A stretch of DNA of 62,906 nucleotides. Origin: Desulfobulbaceae bacterium UBA5121 (GTDB lineage: Bacteria; Desulfobacterota; Desulfobulbia; Desulfobulbales; UBA5123). How positions within the stretch are numbered: position 1 is the stretch's first letter; the number at the start of each line of letters is the position of its first letter. The position numbers and the translations under genes are program-made. Shown here in pieces: positions 1-10,041 of the stretch. Location of the stretch: the NCBI GenBank assembly GCA_002414225.1, contig DHYV01000048.1:634-63539 (forward strand). The letters run 5' to 3'. The notes under the pieces are model-generated. The model made no database searches, was not told the origin of the DNA, and was given only the letters and a program-made list of their open reading frames with translations.

Positions 1-763
1 TGGTCTGGGACTTCTTGCAGGTGCCGCAGGCCCCCCGCAGCGAGACGAGGACGAAGTCGCCGTCCACGTCGATGAGTTCGATGTCGCCGCCGTCCTTGCG
101 CAGGGCCGGCCGGATCTCGCGCTCCAGCACCTCCTCGATGAGCTTGATCTTCTGGATGTTGGTGAGCCGCCTGGGTTTCTCCTGGGCCTTCTCTTCCTGA
201 CGGGCCTCCTGGCGCACCTCCATGATGATCTCAAGGAGCCGTTCATGGCAGTTGCCGCAGCCGCCGCCTGCCTTGGTGAAGTTGGTCACCTCCTCCACGG
301 TGCGCAGGTTGCTCTCCTGGACGGCCCGACGCACCTCGAGATCCGTGACCCCGAAACACTCGCAGACCACCTCGCCTTCGGCCATGGGCAGGGGCACGCC
401 ACGGTAGTTGGCAATGGCCGCCTCCAGGGCTTCGCGGCCCATCACCGAGCAGTGCATCTTCTCCTTGGGGAGCCCGCCCAGGTATTGAGCGATATCCTCG
501 TTGGTGATTTTCTCCGCCTCTTCCAGGGTGAGCCCCTTGATCATCTCGGTGAGTGCCGAGGAGGAGGCGATGGCGCTGGCGCAGCCAAAGGTCTTGAACC
601 TGGCGTCGATAATCCGGCCGTTGTCGTCGAGCTTGAAGGTAAGGGTCAGGGCGTCACCGCAGGCGAGGGAGCCCACCTCGCCCACCCCGTCGGCGCCTTT
701 GATCTCGCCGACGTTGCGCGGATTGAGGAAATGTTCCTTGACCTTATCCGTATAGTCCCACAT
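1..763 (-). CDS. nifU: Fe-S cluster assembly scaffold NifU (3' end runs off the window)
   Basis: Hand translation from ATG at 763 (not in ORF track): [43 protein letters not shown] (IscU domain), CECFGV..GGGCGNC (BFD-like 2Fe-2S), [20 protein letters not shown] (Nfu domain). Confidence 0.95.
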   Translation of the reverse strand, partial: MWDYTDKVKEHFLNPRNVGEIKGADGVGEVGSLACGDALTLTFKLDDNGRIIDARFKTFGCASAIASSSALTEMIKGLTLEEAEKITNEDIAQYLGGLPKEKMHCSVMGREALEAAIANYRGVPLPMAEGEVVCECFGVTDLEVRRAVQESNLRTVEEVTNFTKAGGGCGNCHERLLEIIMEVRQEARQEEKAQEKPRRLTNIQKIKLIEEVLEREIRPALRKDGGDIELIDVDGDFVLVSLRGACGTCKKSQT

Positions 764-824
764 AGGCGTTGTTCAACTCCTGCGGTTTTCGTTTAAAAGG
801 CTTGGCATGGGAAGGAAAGGGGGC

Positions 825-864
825 GTACCCCGTGCGCTGCCTCTCCGGAGGCGACACGGGGTAC
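825..864 (-). other. Long stem-loop in the nifU 5' leader
   Basis: GTACCCCGTG(825-834)/CACGGGGTAC(855-864) perfect arms enclosing GCCTC-TCCG-GAGGC. Confidence 0.6.
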
Positions 865-910
865 CCGCGCCAGGCCCGGAAACACCCCGAACCGCCAGCG
901 CAAATTTCAA

Positions 911-940
911 CAAGATAATTTCTTGGTATCTAAAAAGCAA
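911..940 (-). promoter_or_regulatory. sigma70-type promoter for nifU overlapped by a palindromic operator
   Basis: Minus strand TTGCTT-N17-TATCTT; palindrome CAAGA-TAATT-TCTTG (911-925) covers the -10 element. Confidence 0.6.
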
Positions 941-1021
941 CAGTTAATCCCGCCGTGGCCCGGCCGCGCGGGGCCGGCAGGCAGGCAGGGGCAACAAGGG
1001 AGGATACGGCCCATCGGCCGT

Positions 1022-2902
1022 TCAGGGGGTCGCGCCCTCTTGCGGCGCCTCTTCACATTCTTTCCGGTTGTAAATGCACACCCGGTTCCGGCCGCGATGC
1101 TTGGCCTCGTAAAGGGCGGCATCGGCGGCGGCAACCAGCTCTTCGACATTGGTGGCGTGGTCGGGAAAAGCGGCAAGGCCGATACTCAGGGTTTTGTGGA
1201 AGGAAGGCAGGCCGGCAACGGTAAAGGCAAAACCAGCCACATACTTCAGCAGCCGCTGGGCAACGGACTGCACGGACTCGATATCCACATCGGGCAAGAG
1301 GATGGCGAATTCCTCGCCGCCGTAACGGCATGGCATGTCGCCGCGACGGAGCACGATCCAGATCAGTTCGCCAACCAGGGTCAGAACCTGATCGCCCACC
1401 GGGTGCCCGTAAGAGTCGTTCACATCCTTGAAATGGTCGAGGTCGACCATCATCAGACAGAACCCCCTCCCGCCTTCCTGGCGGTACTCGTCGATGAGAT
1501 CCTGGGCCTTGGTGAAGAAGTAGCGCTTGGTGTAGAGGGTGGTCAGCTCGTCGGTGATCGCCTGGTTGTACAGCCTGGCGTTGGCGAGCGAAATGGCGAT
1601 GTGCTGGGCCAGGGCCGGAAAGAGGTTCTGATCGGCCAGGGTGAAGCGCTGCCGCCCCTCCTTGACGATGCAGATCATGCCGAAGCGCATGTCCTTGACC
1701 TGCAAGGGCAGCATGGCCCGGCAGCCGTTGTTCTCGAAGGCCGGACCGTTCATGGGCTCGTTCTGCCACTTGATCAGATCCGCCTTGCAGATGGAGCCGT
1801 GGGGCAGCTCGTCGTCGTGGTCAGCGAGACTGTAATCGGCCCAGTAGCAACGCCGATCGCTGTCGAGCCGCCAGGTCATCTCGAAACGGCTGCTGTCCCG
1901 CTCGTGGTTCATGACCAGCAGCACGCACTGGGCCTGGACCACCTCGTGGAGGATGTTGACCGCCACCTCCATGACCTTTTTCAACTCGATGGTCTCGCTC
2001 ATCCGCTGAACGATGGTGTAAAGGTTCTCGAACTCCCTGGTCTTGCGGCCGATCTCGGTGATGTAGCGGCCGATGGCCCGGCTCATGATGTTGAAGGAGT
2101 CCCCCATCTCGGCGAGTTCCCCGCACCCTCTGATGTTCACCCAGTAGTCAAAGTCACCCTTGCCTACCCGGGCGAAACCGCCTCGAAGCACCTCGAGCGG
2201 CGTCAACACGAAACGGCTGATCACCCGGGAAACCACCAGGGCGACGACCAGAAAGGCCACCAGACCGGTGAAGAGCAGCCGCATGCCGGCGGTATGAAGA
2301 ATGGAGTAGGTTTCGGCAAGCGAGGCATCGACGATGAGGATGCCGCAGATCTTCTGGGTCGGCGGATGACAGCCGTAACAGGCGGGGCGGTTTTCGACCT
2401 TGATGATATTGCGCCAGAAAGGCGCCTTCTGATTCTCAAACAGGATGGAGGTACGGCTGGGCTTGGTGCCACCGTGCTGATGACAGGTGACACAGGTCTT
2501 GTCGGTTTCCCGGTCCAGGATCTTGCCCCGCATGGCTGGGTCGCTTGACAGGGCGACACGGCCATGGATATCCACCACGTTGATCCGGGTGAGCTTGGTC
2601 ACCCGGATCAATTCGTCAATGGTGGCCTGGAGCGACGATCGATCGTTCCGGAGCATTGCCGATCTGAGCCCCGTCTCGATGGAAAGTCCCGCCTGCATCG
2701 CCTCCTGGGCGGTAATCTCCACCAGCCGGTCGCGATGATACCCCCACATGCCATAGAGGGTAACGCCGAGCGCCACGGCAAAGATCATCAGCGTACTCCC
2801 TATGATCCGAAAACGCAGCGAACAGAGCTGTTCGCAACGCTCGCCGGAATCGGCTCCGGTGATAAGCCTGCACAGGGAGGATGGTCCGCGACTCAATTTC
2901 AT
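1022..2902 (-). CDS. Membrane diguanylate cyclase: periplasmic sensor with two CxxCH motifs, HAMP, GAF, GGDEF
   Basis: Two TM segments; CVTCH and CYGCH; HAMP (GELAEMGDSFNIM); DLDHFKDVNDSYGHPVGD, RxxD I-site (RRGD) and GGEEF. Confidence 0.93.
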   Translation of the reverse strand: MKLSRGPSSLCRLITGADSGERCEQLCSLRFRIIGSTLMIFAVALGVTLYGMWGYHRDRLVEITAQEAMQAGLSIETGLRSAMLRNDRSSLQATIDELIRVTKLTRINVVDIHGRVALSSDPAMRGKILDRETDKTCVTCHQHGGTKPSRTSILFENQKAPFWRNIIKVENRPACYGCHPPTQKICGILIVDASLAETYSILHTAGMRLLFTGLVAFLVVALVVSRVISRFVLTPLEVLRGGFARVGKGDFDYWVNIRGCGELAEMGDSFNIMSRAIGRYITEIGRKTREFENLYTIVQRMSETIELKKVMEVAVNILHEVVQAQCVLLVMNHERDSSRFEMTWRLDSDRRCYWADYSLADHDDELPHGSICKADLIKWQNEPMNGPAFENNGCRAMLPLQVKDMRFGMICIVKEGRQRFTLADQNLFPALAQHIAISLANARLYNQAITDELTTLYTKRYFFTKAQDLIDEYRQEGGRGFCLMMVDLDHFKDVNDSYGHPVGDQVLTLVGELIWIVLRRGDMPCRYGGEEFAILLPDVDIESVQSVAQRLLKYVAGFAFTVAGLPSFHKTLSIGLAAFPDHATNVEELVAAADAALYEAKHRGRNRVCIYNRKECEEAPQEGATP

Positions 2903-3029
2903 CCGACACCGGCCAAGGGGGGGAGAAAAGACGATAATGGATTAAAAAAAACACATGGCGACTAACATACGTTGAGAAGAAACCATGTCAAGCGAAAAGC
3001 GCTTCGGGTACCCCTGGCTTCGGCCGGCT

Positions 3030-4868
3030 TCAGGAACGGAAAGATTCATAGATCCGACGCCCCAGTTCCGGCCCCACCCCGGCCACGGCCGCCAACTCGT
3101 CCACCGTGGCCGCTTCGATACGCTTGACACTGCCCATGGCGGTGAGCAACGCCCGCCGCCGTACCGGCCCCAGGCCGGGGATGGCATCAAGCCGGGAACG
3201 CAGGGTGTCCCGCCGGCGCCAACGGCGATGAAAGGTGATGCCGTAGCGATGCGCCTCGTCACGGACCCGCATGAGCAGGAGGAGGGACGGCGCTTGCCGG
3301 GGAAGCAGGATGGGATTCTTGCGCCCCGGCCGATAGAGTTTCTCCCCCTCCCCGGCCCGCTCCTTGGCAATGCCGGCCAGCTCGATGACCTCGGCGAGGC
3401 CGAGGTCATCGAGCACGGCGCGGGCCACGTTGACCTGTCCTCTGCCCCCGTCCACCAGCAGGAGATCGGGCAATGCAGGATGGCCATCCCCCTTCTCCCT
3501 GGCAAATCGCCGGCGCAGCACCTCCGCCATGGTCGCGTAATCGTCGGGGCCGACCACGGTGCGAATCTTGTAGTGGCGGTAGTCCTTCTTGCGCGGCTCG
3601 CCCTCGATGAAACAGACCAGGGCGCCCACCGCCTGTTCGCCGCCGAGATTGGAGTTGTCGAGACATTCAATCCGGTGGGGAAGACGTCGCAGCCCCAGCT
3701 CCCGCCGGAGGGATTCGGCCACCGCGAGCCACGACTCCTGCCGTTTTTCGCGGTCCGCAAAGAGCTGCTCGGCATTGGCCCTCGCCATGCCGAGCAGCGT
3801 CAGCCGGTCGCCACGGCGGGGTATGGCAAGGGTCACCCTGCCCTGGCGCAAATCGGCGAGCCAAGCTACGAGCAGTTCGTGGTCCTCGGGCAGGAACGGC
3901 ACCAGCACTTCGTGGGGGACGGACCACTCCCCGCCATAGAGGCGGCAGAGGGTCTGACGAAGGATCTCCGGATCCTCCTCCATGGGGTCGGCGAGAAAAA
4001 AGGCGTGATGGTCTTCAAGCCGGCCCTGACGGACCCGCAAGATGGAAATGGCCACCGCTCCTTCACGACGGACCAGGGCGATGACGTCCTGGTCACGGTG
4101 GTGGTCGGCGACCACCACCTGCTTTTCAAGGGTCTTGCGCAACGCCTCGAGCCAGTCACGGCAGAGGGCGGCCTCCTCGTAACGGAAATCGGCGGCCGCC
4201 TCTGCCATGCGGCGGGTCAGCCGCGCCACCAGCTCGTCCTTCTTGCCCTCGAGCACCATGAGGACATTGGCCACCACGGCCGCGTACTGGTCCGGGTCCG
4301 CCTTGCCGATGCAGGGCCCAGGACAACGCCGAATCTGGTGGTTGAGACAGGGCCGCTGCCTCGCGACCACCTCACTGCCCTTGCAGCGCCGCAGGGGGAA
4401 GATAGCATTCAACAGGTCCAGAGTCTCCCGCATGGCGGCGGAGGAGGAAAAGGGGCCGAAGTAACGGGCACCGTCATTGACCCGGCGCCTGGCCATCATC
4501 ACCCGCGGCCACGCTTCCGCCACTGTCACCTTGATCAAGGGATAGTTCTTGTCGTCGCGCAACAGCACGTTGTAACGGGGGTGGTGTCTCTTGATCAGCG
4601 ACGCCTCGAGAATCAGCGCCTCCTTTTCCGTCTTGGTGATAATGGTTTCCACCCGGCGGATCTTGGCAAGCAGCATGGCGGTCTTGGTTGGCTGTTCGCG
4701 GTCGTAGTGGGCATAGGAAGCTAGGCGCTTGCGCAGATCCCGCGCCTTGCCGACGTAGAGGATCTTGTCGGCGCCGTCTTTCATCAGATAGACGCCGGGC
4801 AGACGGGCAACTCCGTCCAGCCACTGGGAGGTAAGCGGAAAGGAATCCGGAGAGGAACGGCTGGGCAT
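3030..4868 (-). CDS. uvrC: Excinuclease ABC subunit C
   Basis: GIY-YIG N-terminus (PGVYLM..YVGKARDL), RIECLDNS, DDYA, LVDGGRGQ, C-terminal HhH. Confidence 0.97.
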   Translation of the reverse strand: MPSRSSPDSFPLTSQWLDGVARLPGVYLMKDGADKILYVGKARDLRKRLASYAHYDREQPTKTAMLLAKIRRVETIITKTEKEALILEASLIKRHHPRYNVLLRDDKNYPLIKVTVAEAWPRVMMARRRVNDGARYFGPFSSSAAMRETLDLLNAIFPLRRCKGSEVVARQRPCLNHQIRRCPGPCIGKADPDQYAAVVANVLMVLEGKKDELVARLTRRMAEAAADFRYEEAALCRDWLEALRKTLEKQVVVADHHRDQDVIALVRREGAVAISILRVRQGRLEDHHAFFLADPMEEDPEILRQTLCRLYGGEWSVPHEVLVPFLPEDHELLVAWLADLRQGRVTLAIPRRGDRLTLLGMARANAEQLFADREKRQESWLAVAESLRRELGLRRLPHRIECLDNSNLGGEQAVGALVCFIEGEPRKKDYRHYKIRTVVGPDDYATMAEVLRRRFAREKGDGHPALPDLLLVDGGRGQVNVARAVLDDLGLAEVIELAGIAKERAGEGEKLYRPGRKNPILLPRQAPSLLLLMRVRDEAHRYGITFHRRWRRRDTLRSRLDAIPGLGPVRRRALLTAMGSVKRIEAATVDELAAVAGVGPELGRRIYESFRS

Positions 4869-5220
4869 GGGAGTCGAGTACCTCGAGGCTATTTTCTTTC
4901 AGCCATCCGTCGGGGGGGGGATGTAAAAAAATCTGCCCCGGACCGGGCTTTTTGCTATTGTAAAAGAAATTCGTTTCCCCGGCAGCGGAAACATCCCTCA
5001 ATTGAGGGTGTCCGGCTTGACGTCAGCAGCCGGGCCTTGTTCTCCGGGCCGGGCGACGTCGGCGGCCCCGCGCCAACCGGCTCGCCCGCCGCACCGCTTG
5101 CCACCGTGACCCGCCGCTGACGGGATAATTTTCGTTTGCCTTTCCATTCGGCAAAGGCCGGATGCAACACCGCAGCGGGCAATGATCGAACCCCTACCCC
5201 CCCTTCCCCATCACTCACTT

Positions 5221-6594
5221 ATGAAAAACAAAAAAATACTGGTCGTCGATAACAATCCGGTTGTGGTCAAGGTGGTCGTCAACATCCTTGAAGGTGAAGG
5301 GTATCAGGTCCGAACCGCCACCGACGGTCTCTCCGCCCTGGACATCCTGCATGAGGATCCGCCGGAGATCATCATCGTCGACCTGGTGATGCCCAACATC
5401 AGCGGCAGTCAGCTCTGCCGCATCATTCGGGACACGCCCGCCCTCAAGAACGTGTTCATCATCATCCTCTCGGCCATTGTCGCCGAGGAGTCGCTCGACC
5501 CGGCCGAGCTCGGAGCCGATGTCTGCATCGCCAAGGGGCCGGCCAAAAACATGGCCAAGCATCTGACCACCGCCCTGGCACTGGCTCAGGAGAAGTTTGA
5601 AAAGAACGTGGTCGCCCCCCTCTCCATCGGCTTCGACGAGGTGTTCCAGCGTGAAGTCACCAAGGAGCTGCTCGCCTCCCGGCAAGAAATCGAGGTTCTC
5701 CTCAACAACATGTCAGAGGGCATCTTCGAGCTGGTGCCGGGCGACAACCGGATCATCTACGCCAACCCCGCCGCCCTGGCCCTCACCGGCCAGACCGAGG
5801 AAAAAATCCTGGGCCGCCACTTCACTTACCTCTTCGAGGGCCAACAGCAGGAACGCCTCACCGCGCTGCTGGCCAAAACCACGACCACTCCCCAGCGCGT
5901 CACCGACAGTGCCCCCGCCACACTTGGCAAGAGCCTGGTCACCATGAACTTTCTTCCTGCCCCCGAAAGCGGCGGGGGCAATTTCATGGTCATTGTCCGC
6001 GATGTCACCGCACAGAAGGAAACGGAACGGGCCCTCAAGGCGGTCCATGCCGAACTCGAAGAACGGGTGGAACTGCGCACCAAGGAACTCTCCAAAGCCA
6101 ATGCGCGGCTCAGCGAAGAGATCATCAAACGCCAGAAGGCCGTCGAGGAACTCGAACGGCGCGGCACCGAACTCGAAGAGGCCAACACCGCTCTCAGGGT
6201 ACTGCTCAAGCAGAGCAGCGAGGCCAAACACGAGCTGGAAGAAAAGGTGCTCGCCAACATGAAAAGCCTGGTGGATCCCTTCCTCGACGAGCTGGCAATG
6301 AAGCTTGCCGGCCGCTCCGAGGAGGTTTACGTCAACATCATCAGGGCGAACCTGGAGAAGATCACCTCCTCTTTCACCCAGCACCTCAGCGCCCGCTTCA
6401 AAGATCTCACCCCGAGGGAAATCCAGATCGCCAACCTCATCCGTCAGGGCCGCACCAACAAGGAGATGGCTCAACTCCTCAACCTCTCGGTGCGTACCGT
6501 GGAGTTCTACCGGGACAACCTCCGTCAGAAGTTAAAAATCAAGAACAAAAAAACCAACCTTCGCTCCCTTCTCCTGACCATCCCCTTCAAGTAA
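5221..6594 (+). CDS. Response regulator: REC-PAS-coiled coil-LuxR HTH
   Basis: KILVVDNN..DLVMP receiver; PAS (YANPAA); LTPREIQIANLIRQGRTNKEMA..TVEFYRDNLRQKL; start placed at ATG 5221. Confidence 0.92.
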   Translation: MKNKKILVVDNNPVVVKVVVNILEGEGYQVRTATDGLSALDILHEDPPEIIIVDLVMPNISGSQLCRIIRDTPALKNVFIIILSAIVAEESLDPAELGADVCIAKGPAKNMAKHLTTALALAQEKFEKNVVAPLSIGFDEVFQREVTKELLASRQEIEVLLNNMSEGIFELVPGDNRIIYANPAALALTGQTEEKILGRHFTYLFEGQQQERLTALLAKTTTTPQRVTDSAPATLGKSLVTMNFLPAPESGGGNFMVIVRDVTAQKETERALKAVHAELEERVELRTKELSKANARLSEEIIKRQKAVEELERRGTELEEANTALRVLLKQSSEAKHELEEKVLANMKSLVDPFLDELAMKLAGRSEEVYVNIIRANLEKITSSFTQHLSARFKDLTPREIQIANLIRQGRTNKEMAQLLNLSVRTVEFYRDNLRQKLKIKNKKTNLRSLLLTIPFK

Positions 6595-6633
6595 TCCGGT
6601 CAGCTTTCCCGCTCCGGACAAGGCTCACGGCAA

Positions 6634-6683
6634 TCAATACGGTAAATGGCCCAGTGTTTGTCTGGTAATCTATCGTATTGACC
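6634..6683 (+). promoter_or_regulatory. Inverted-repeat operator candidate abutting a TTGACC -35-like hexamer
   Basis: TCAATACGGTA(6634-6644)...TATCGTATTGA(6671-6681), 10 of 11 complementary; TTGACC at 6678-6683 followed by an AT-rich tract. Confidence 0.5.
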
Positions 6684-6714
6684 CGAGTAGCAAGAATCAT
6701 TTATTAAATATGTA

Positions 6715-6901
6715 AACTTTAACTTTTAGTAATCAGACATTTCAAAAGGGCAAGATAACGACACACTAGATTCTCCATAACCCTTCCTCAACAGCGGATA
6801 AGCCTGTATCGAACGCCCCCAACGACTCGATACTGGTGAAGCCGCTCCTTCCCCCAAGACCCGCTGTCGCCCCCCTCTTTGACACGCGGGTCTTTCTTTT
6901 T
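6715..6901 (+). ncRNA. Putative small regulatory RNA with C-rich loops (5' end approximate)
   Basis: No credible ORF; upstream promoter-like AT-rich region; hairpin 6793-6846 and terminator hairpin 6856-6894 with U-tail, oriented on + where no + gene follows. Confidence 0.55.
6856..6901 (+). terminator. Intrinsic terminator
   Basis: AAGACCCGC-TGTC..GACA-C-GCGGGTCTT followed by TCTTTTT. Confidence 0.8.
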
Positions 6902-6986
6902 GCCTAAAATCCGGCCCCAACATCGACCGGCCCGCCTTTTTATCGCCACCTGCCGGCCATAACGGGGCCGCAGGTCACCCCGACGC

Positions 6987-7028
6987 AAAAAAAAAGATCC
7001 GCTGCCCCGTATAGAGGCGGCGGATCTT
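6987..7028 (-). terminator. Intrinsic terminator of the GGGtGRT operon
   Basis: AAGATCCGCTGCC/GGCGGCGGATCTT stem; A9 at 6987-6995 gives a U-tail on the minus strand. Confidence 0.8.
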
Positions 7029-7082
7029 CAAAGAAAGCCAGTCCCAACCCGCAAAAACGGGGCGGGACCCCGTATTACCTTC

Positions 7083-8081
7083 TCACTTCATCGCCTGCGC
7101 CACGGCCACGGCCACGGCCACCGAGGCGCCAACCATGGGGTTGTTGCCCATGCCGATGAGTCCCATCATCTCAACATGGGCCGGCACCGAGGAGGAACCG
7201 GCGAACTGGGCATCGGAGTGCATCCGGCCCATGGTGTCGGTCATCCCGTAAGAGGCGGGACCGGCAGCCATGTTGTCCGGATGGAGGGTGCGGCCGGTCC
7301 CGCCGCCCGAGGCCACCGAGAAGAACTTCTTGCCCGCCAGCTGGCACTCCTTCTTGTAAGTGCCCACCACCGGATGCTGGAAGCGGGTGGGGTTGGTGGA
7401 GTTACCGGTGATCGAGACATCCACCCCCTCGAAGTGGTTGATGGCCACGCCCTCACGGACGTCGTCGGCACCGTAGCAGCGAACCTTGGCCCGCTCGCCG
7501 CTGGAATAGGCGGTTTCCTTGACGATCGCAAGCTTGCCGGTACCGTAATCGAAACGGGTCGCCACATGGGTGAAGCCGTTGATACGCGAGATGATGTGGG
7601 CCGCGTCCTTCCCTAAGCCGTTCAAGATCACCCGCAGCGGCTTGGTGCGCGCCTTGTTGGCCGAACGGGCCAGCCCGATGGCGCCCTCGGCGGCGGCAAA
7701 GGATTCGTGGCCGGCGACAAAGGCGAAGCATTCGGTTTCCTCCCGCAGCAGCATGGAGGCGAGGTTGCCGTGACCGATGCCCACCTTGCGATCGTCAGCC
7801 ACCGAACCGGGAATGCAGAATGCCTGCAGCCCCAGCCCCAGGGTCACGGCGATCTCCGAGGCCACTCGCTGCCCCTTCCGGATCGCTACCGCCGCCCCGG
7901 TGGTATAGGCCCAGCAGGCATTTTCGAAACAGATCGGCTGCACCTCGCGGACCAGTTTGTAGATATCAAGCCCCTTGTCCTTGCAGATTTTCTCCGCCTC
8001 TTCGAGCGAAGCGATTCCGTGTTCCTCGAGGAGCGGCATGATCTGGTTAATTCTGCGCTCGTAACTTTCAAACAGTGCCAT
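7083..8081 (-). CDS. GGGtGRT family protein (function unknown)
   Basis: MALFESYERRI start after GAGGAG; signature SVASGGGTGRTLHPDNM, GHESFAAAEGAI, TGNSTNPTRFQHP. Confidence 0.93.
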   Translation of the reverse strand: MALFESYERRINQIMPLLEEHGIASLEEAEKICKDKGLDIYKLVREVQPICFENACWAYTTGAAVAIRKGQRVASEIAVTLGLGLQAFCIPGSVADDRKVGIGHGNLASMLLREETECFAFVAGHESFAAAEGAIGLARSANKARTKPLRVILNGLGKDAAHIISRINGFTHVATRFDYGTGKLAIVKETAYSSGERAKVRCYGADDVREGVAINHFEGVDVSITGNSTNPTRFQHPVVGTYKKECQLAGKKFFSVASGGGTGRTLHPDNMAAGPASYGMTDTMGRMHSDAQFAGSSSVPAHVEMMGLIGMGNNPMVGASVAVAVAVAQAMK

Positions 8082-8100
8082 TGGTTGCTCTCCTCGCGTC

Positions 8101-8793
8101 CTATTCGTGTCTCGGATTGATGGTCTTTGCCGCCTCGGCGATCCGGCCGTAGGTGCCGGTGCACTTGGCCAGGGCCTCGTCGGCCGCAACCCCCTTGGCG
8201 ATCATCTCCATCATCGGTCCCAACCGGACAAACTCGTAGCCGATGATCTCGTCGTTGGCGTCGAGCCCCAGCTTGGTGACGTAGCCTTCGGCCATCTCAA
8301 GATAACGGGGGCCCTTGGCGCGGGTGGAGTACATGGTCCCGGTGACACTCCGCAGCCCCTTGCCCAGATCCTCGAGCCCCGCTCCCACCGGCAACCCGCC
8401 CTCGGAAAAGGCGGTCTGGCTGCGACCGTAGGCGATCTGCAGGAAAAGTTCCCGCATGGCGACGTTGATGGCGTCACAGACCAGATCGGTGTTGAGCGCT
8501 TCGAGGACGGTCTTGCCCGAGAGGATCTCGGCGGCCATGGCGGCGGAATGGGTCATGCCGGTGCAGCCCACCGTCTCCACCAATGCTTCCTCGATGATCC
8601 CCTGCTTGACGTTCAGGGTGAGCTTGCAGGCGCCCTGCTGAGGCGCACACCACCCCACGCCGTGGGTGAGGCCTGAGATGTCGCGCACTTCCTTGGCCTG
8701 CACCCAGGCACCTTCCTGGGGGATGGGGGCCGGGCCGTTCTTGGGACCCTTGGCCACGCAGACCATCTCTTGGACTTCGGGTGAGTATTCCAT
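8101..8793 (-). CDS. IscU/NifU-N-like Fe-S scaffold-fold protein, usual partner of GGGtGRT
   Basis: GWCAPQQGACKLTLNV, ETVGCTGMTHSA, LNTDLVCDAIN; SD AGGAG; 19 nt upstream of the GGGtGRT start. Confidence 0.85.
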   Translation of the reverse strand: MEYSPEVQEMVCVAKGPKNGPAPIPQEGAWVQAKEVRDISGLTHGVGWCAPQQGACKLTLNVKQGIIEEALVETVGCTGMTHSAAMAAEILSGKTVLEALNTDLVCDAINVAMRELFLQIAYGRSQTAFSEGGLPVGAGLEDLGKGLRSVTGTMYSTRAKGPRYLEMAEGYVTKLGLDANDEIIGYEFVRLGPMMEMIAKGVAADEALAKCTGTYGRIAEAAKTINPRHE

Positions 8794-8949
8794 TTTTTGC
8801 TCTCCTAAATTTAAGAAGCGTTGTTGACGGTTGGCCGGGCCGGGCAGTTGCGATTGAGGCCCCGGTCAGGAGGCTCCTGCCCGAGACGGGCGACGGAGAG
8901 AAAGCGCTTCCCCAACCACCCGACAGACCACGGACCGCCCATCTGATCC

Positions 8950-10041
<1,092 letters not shown>

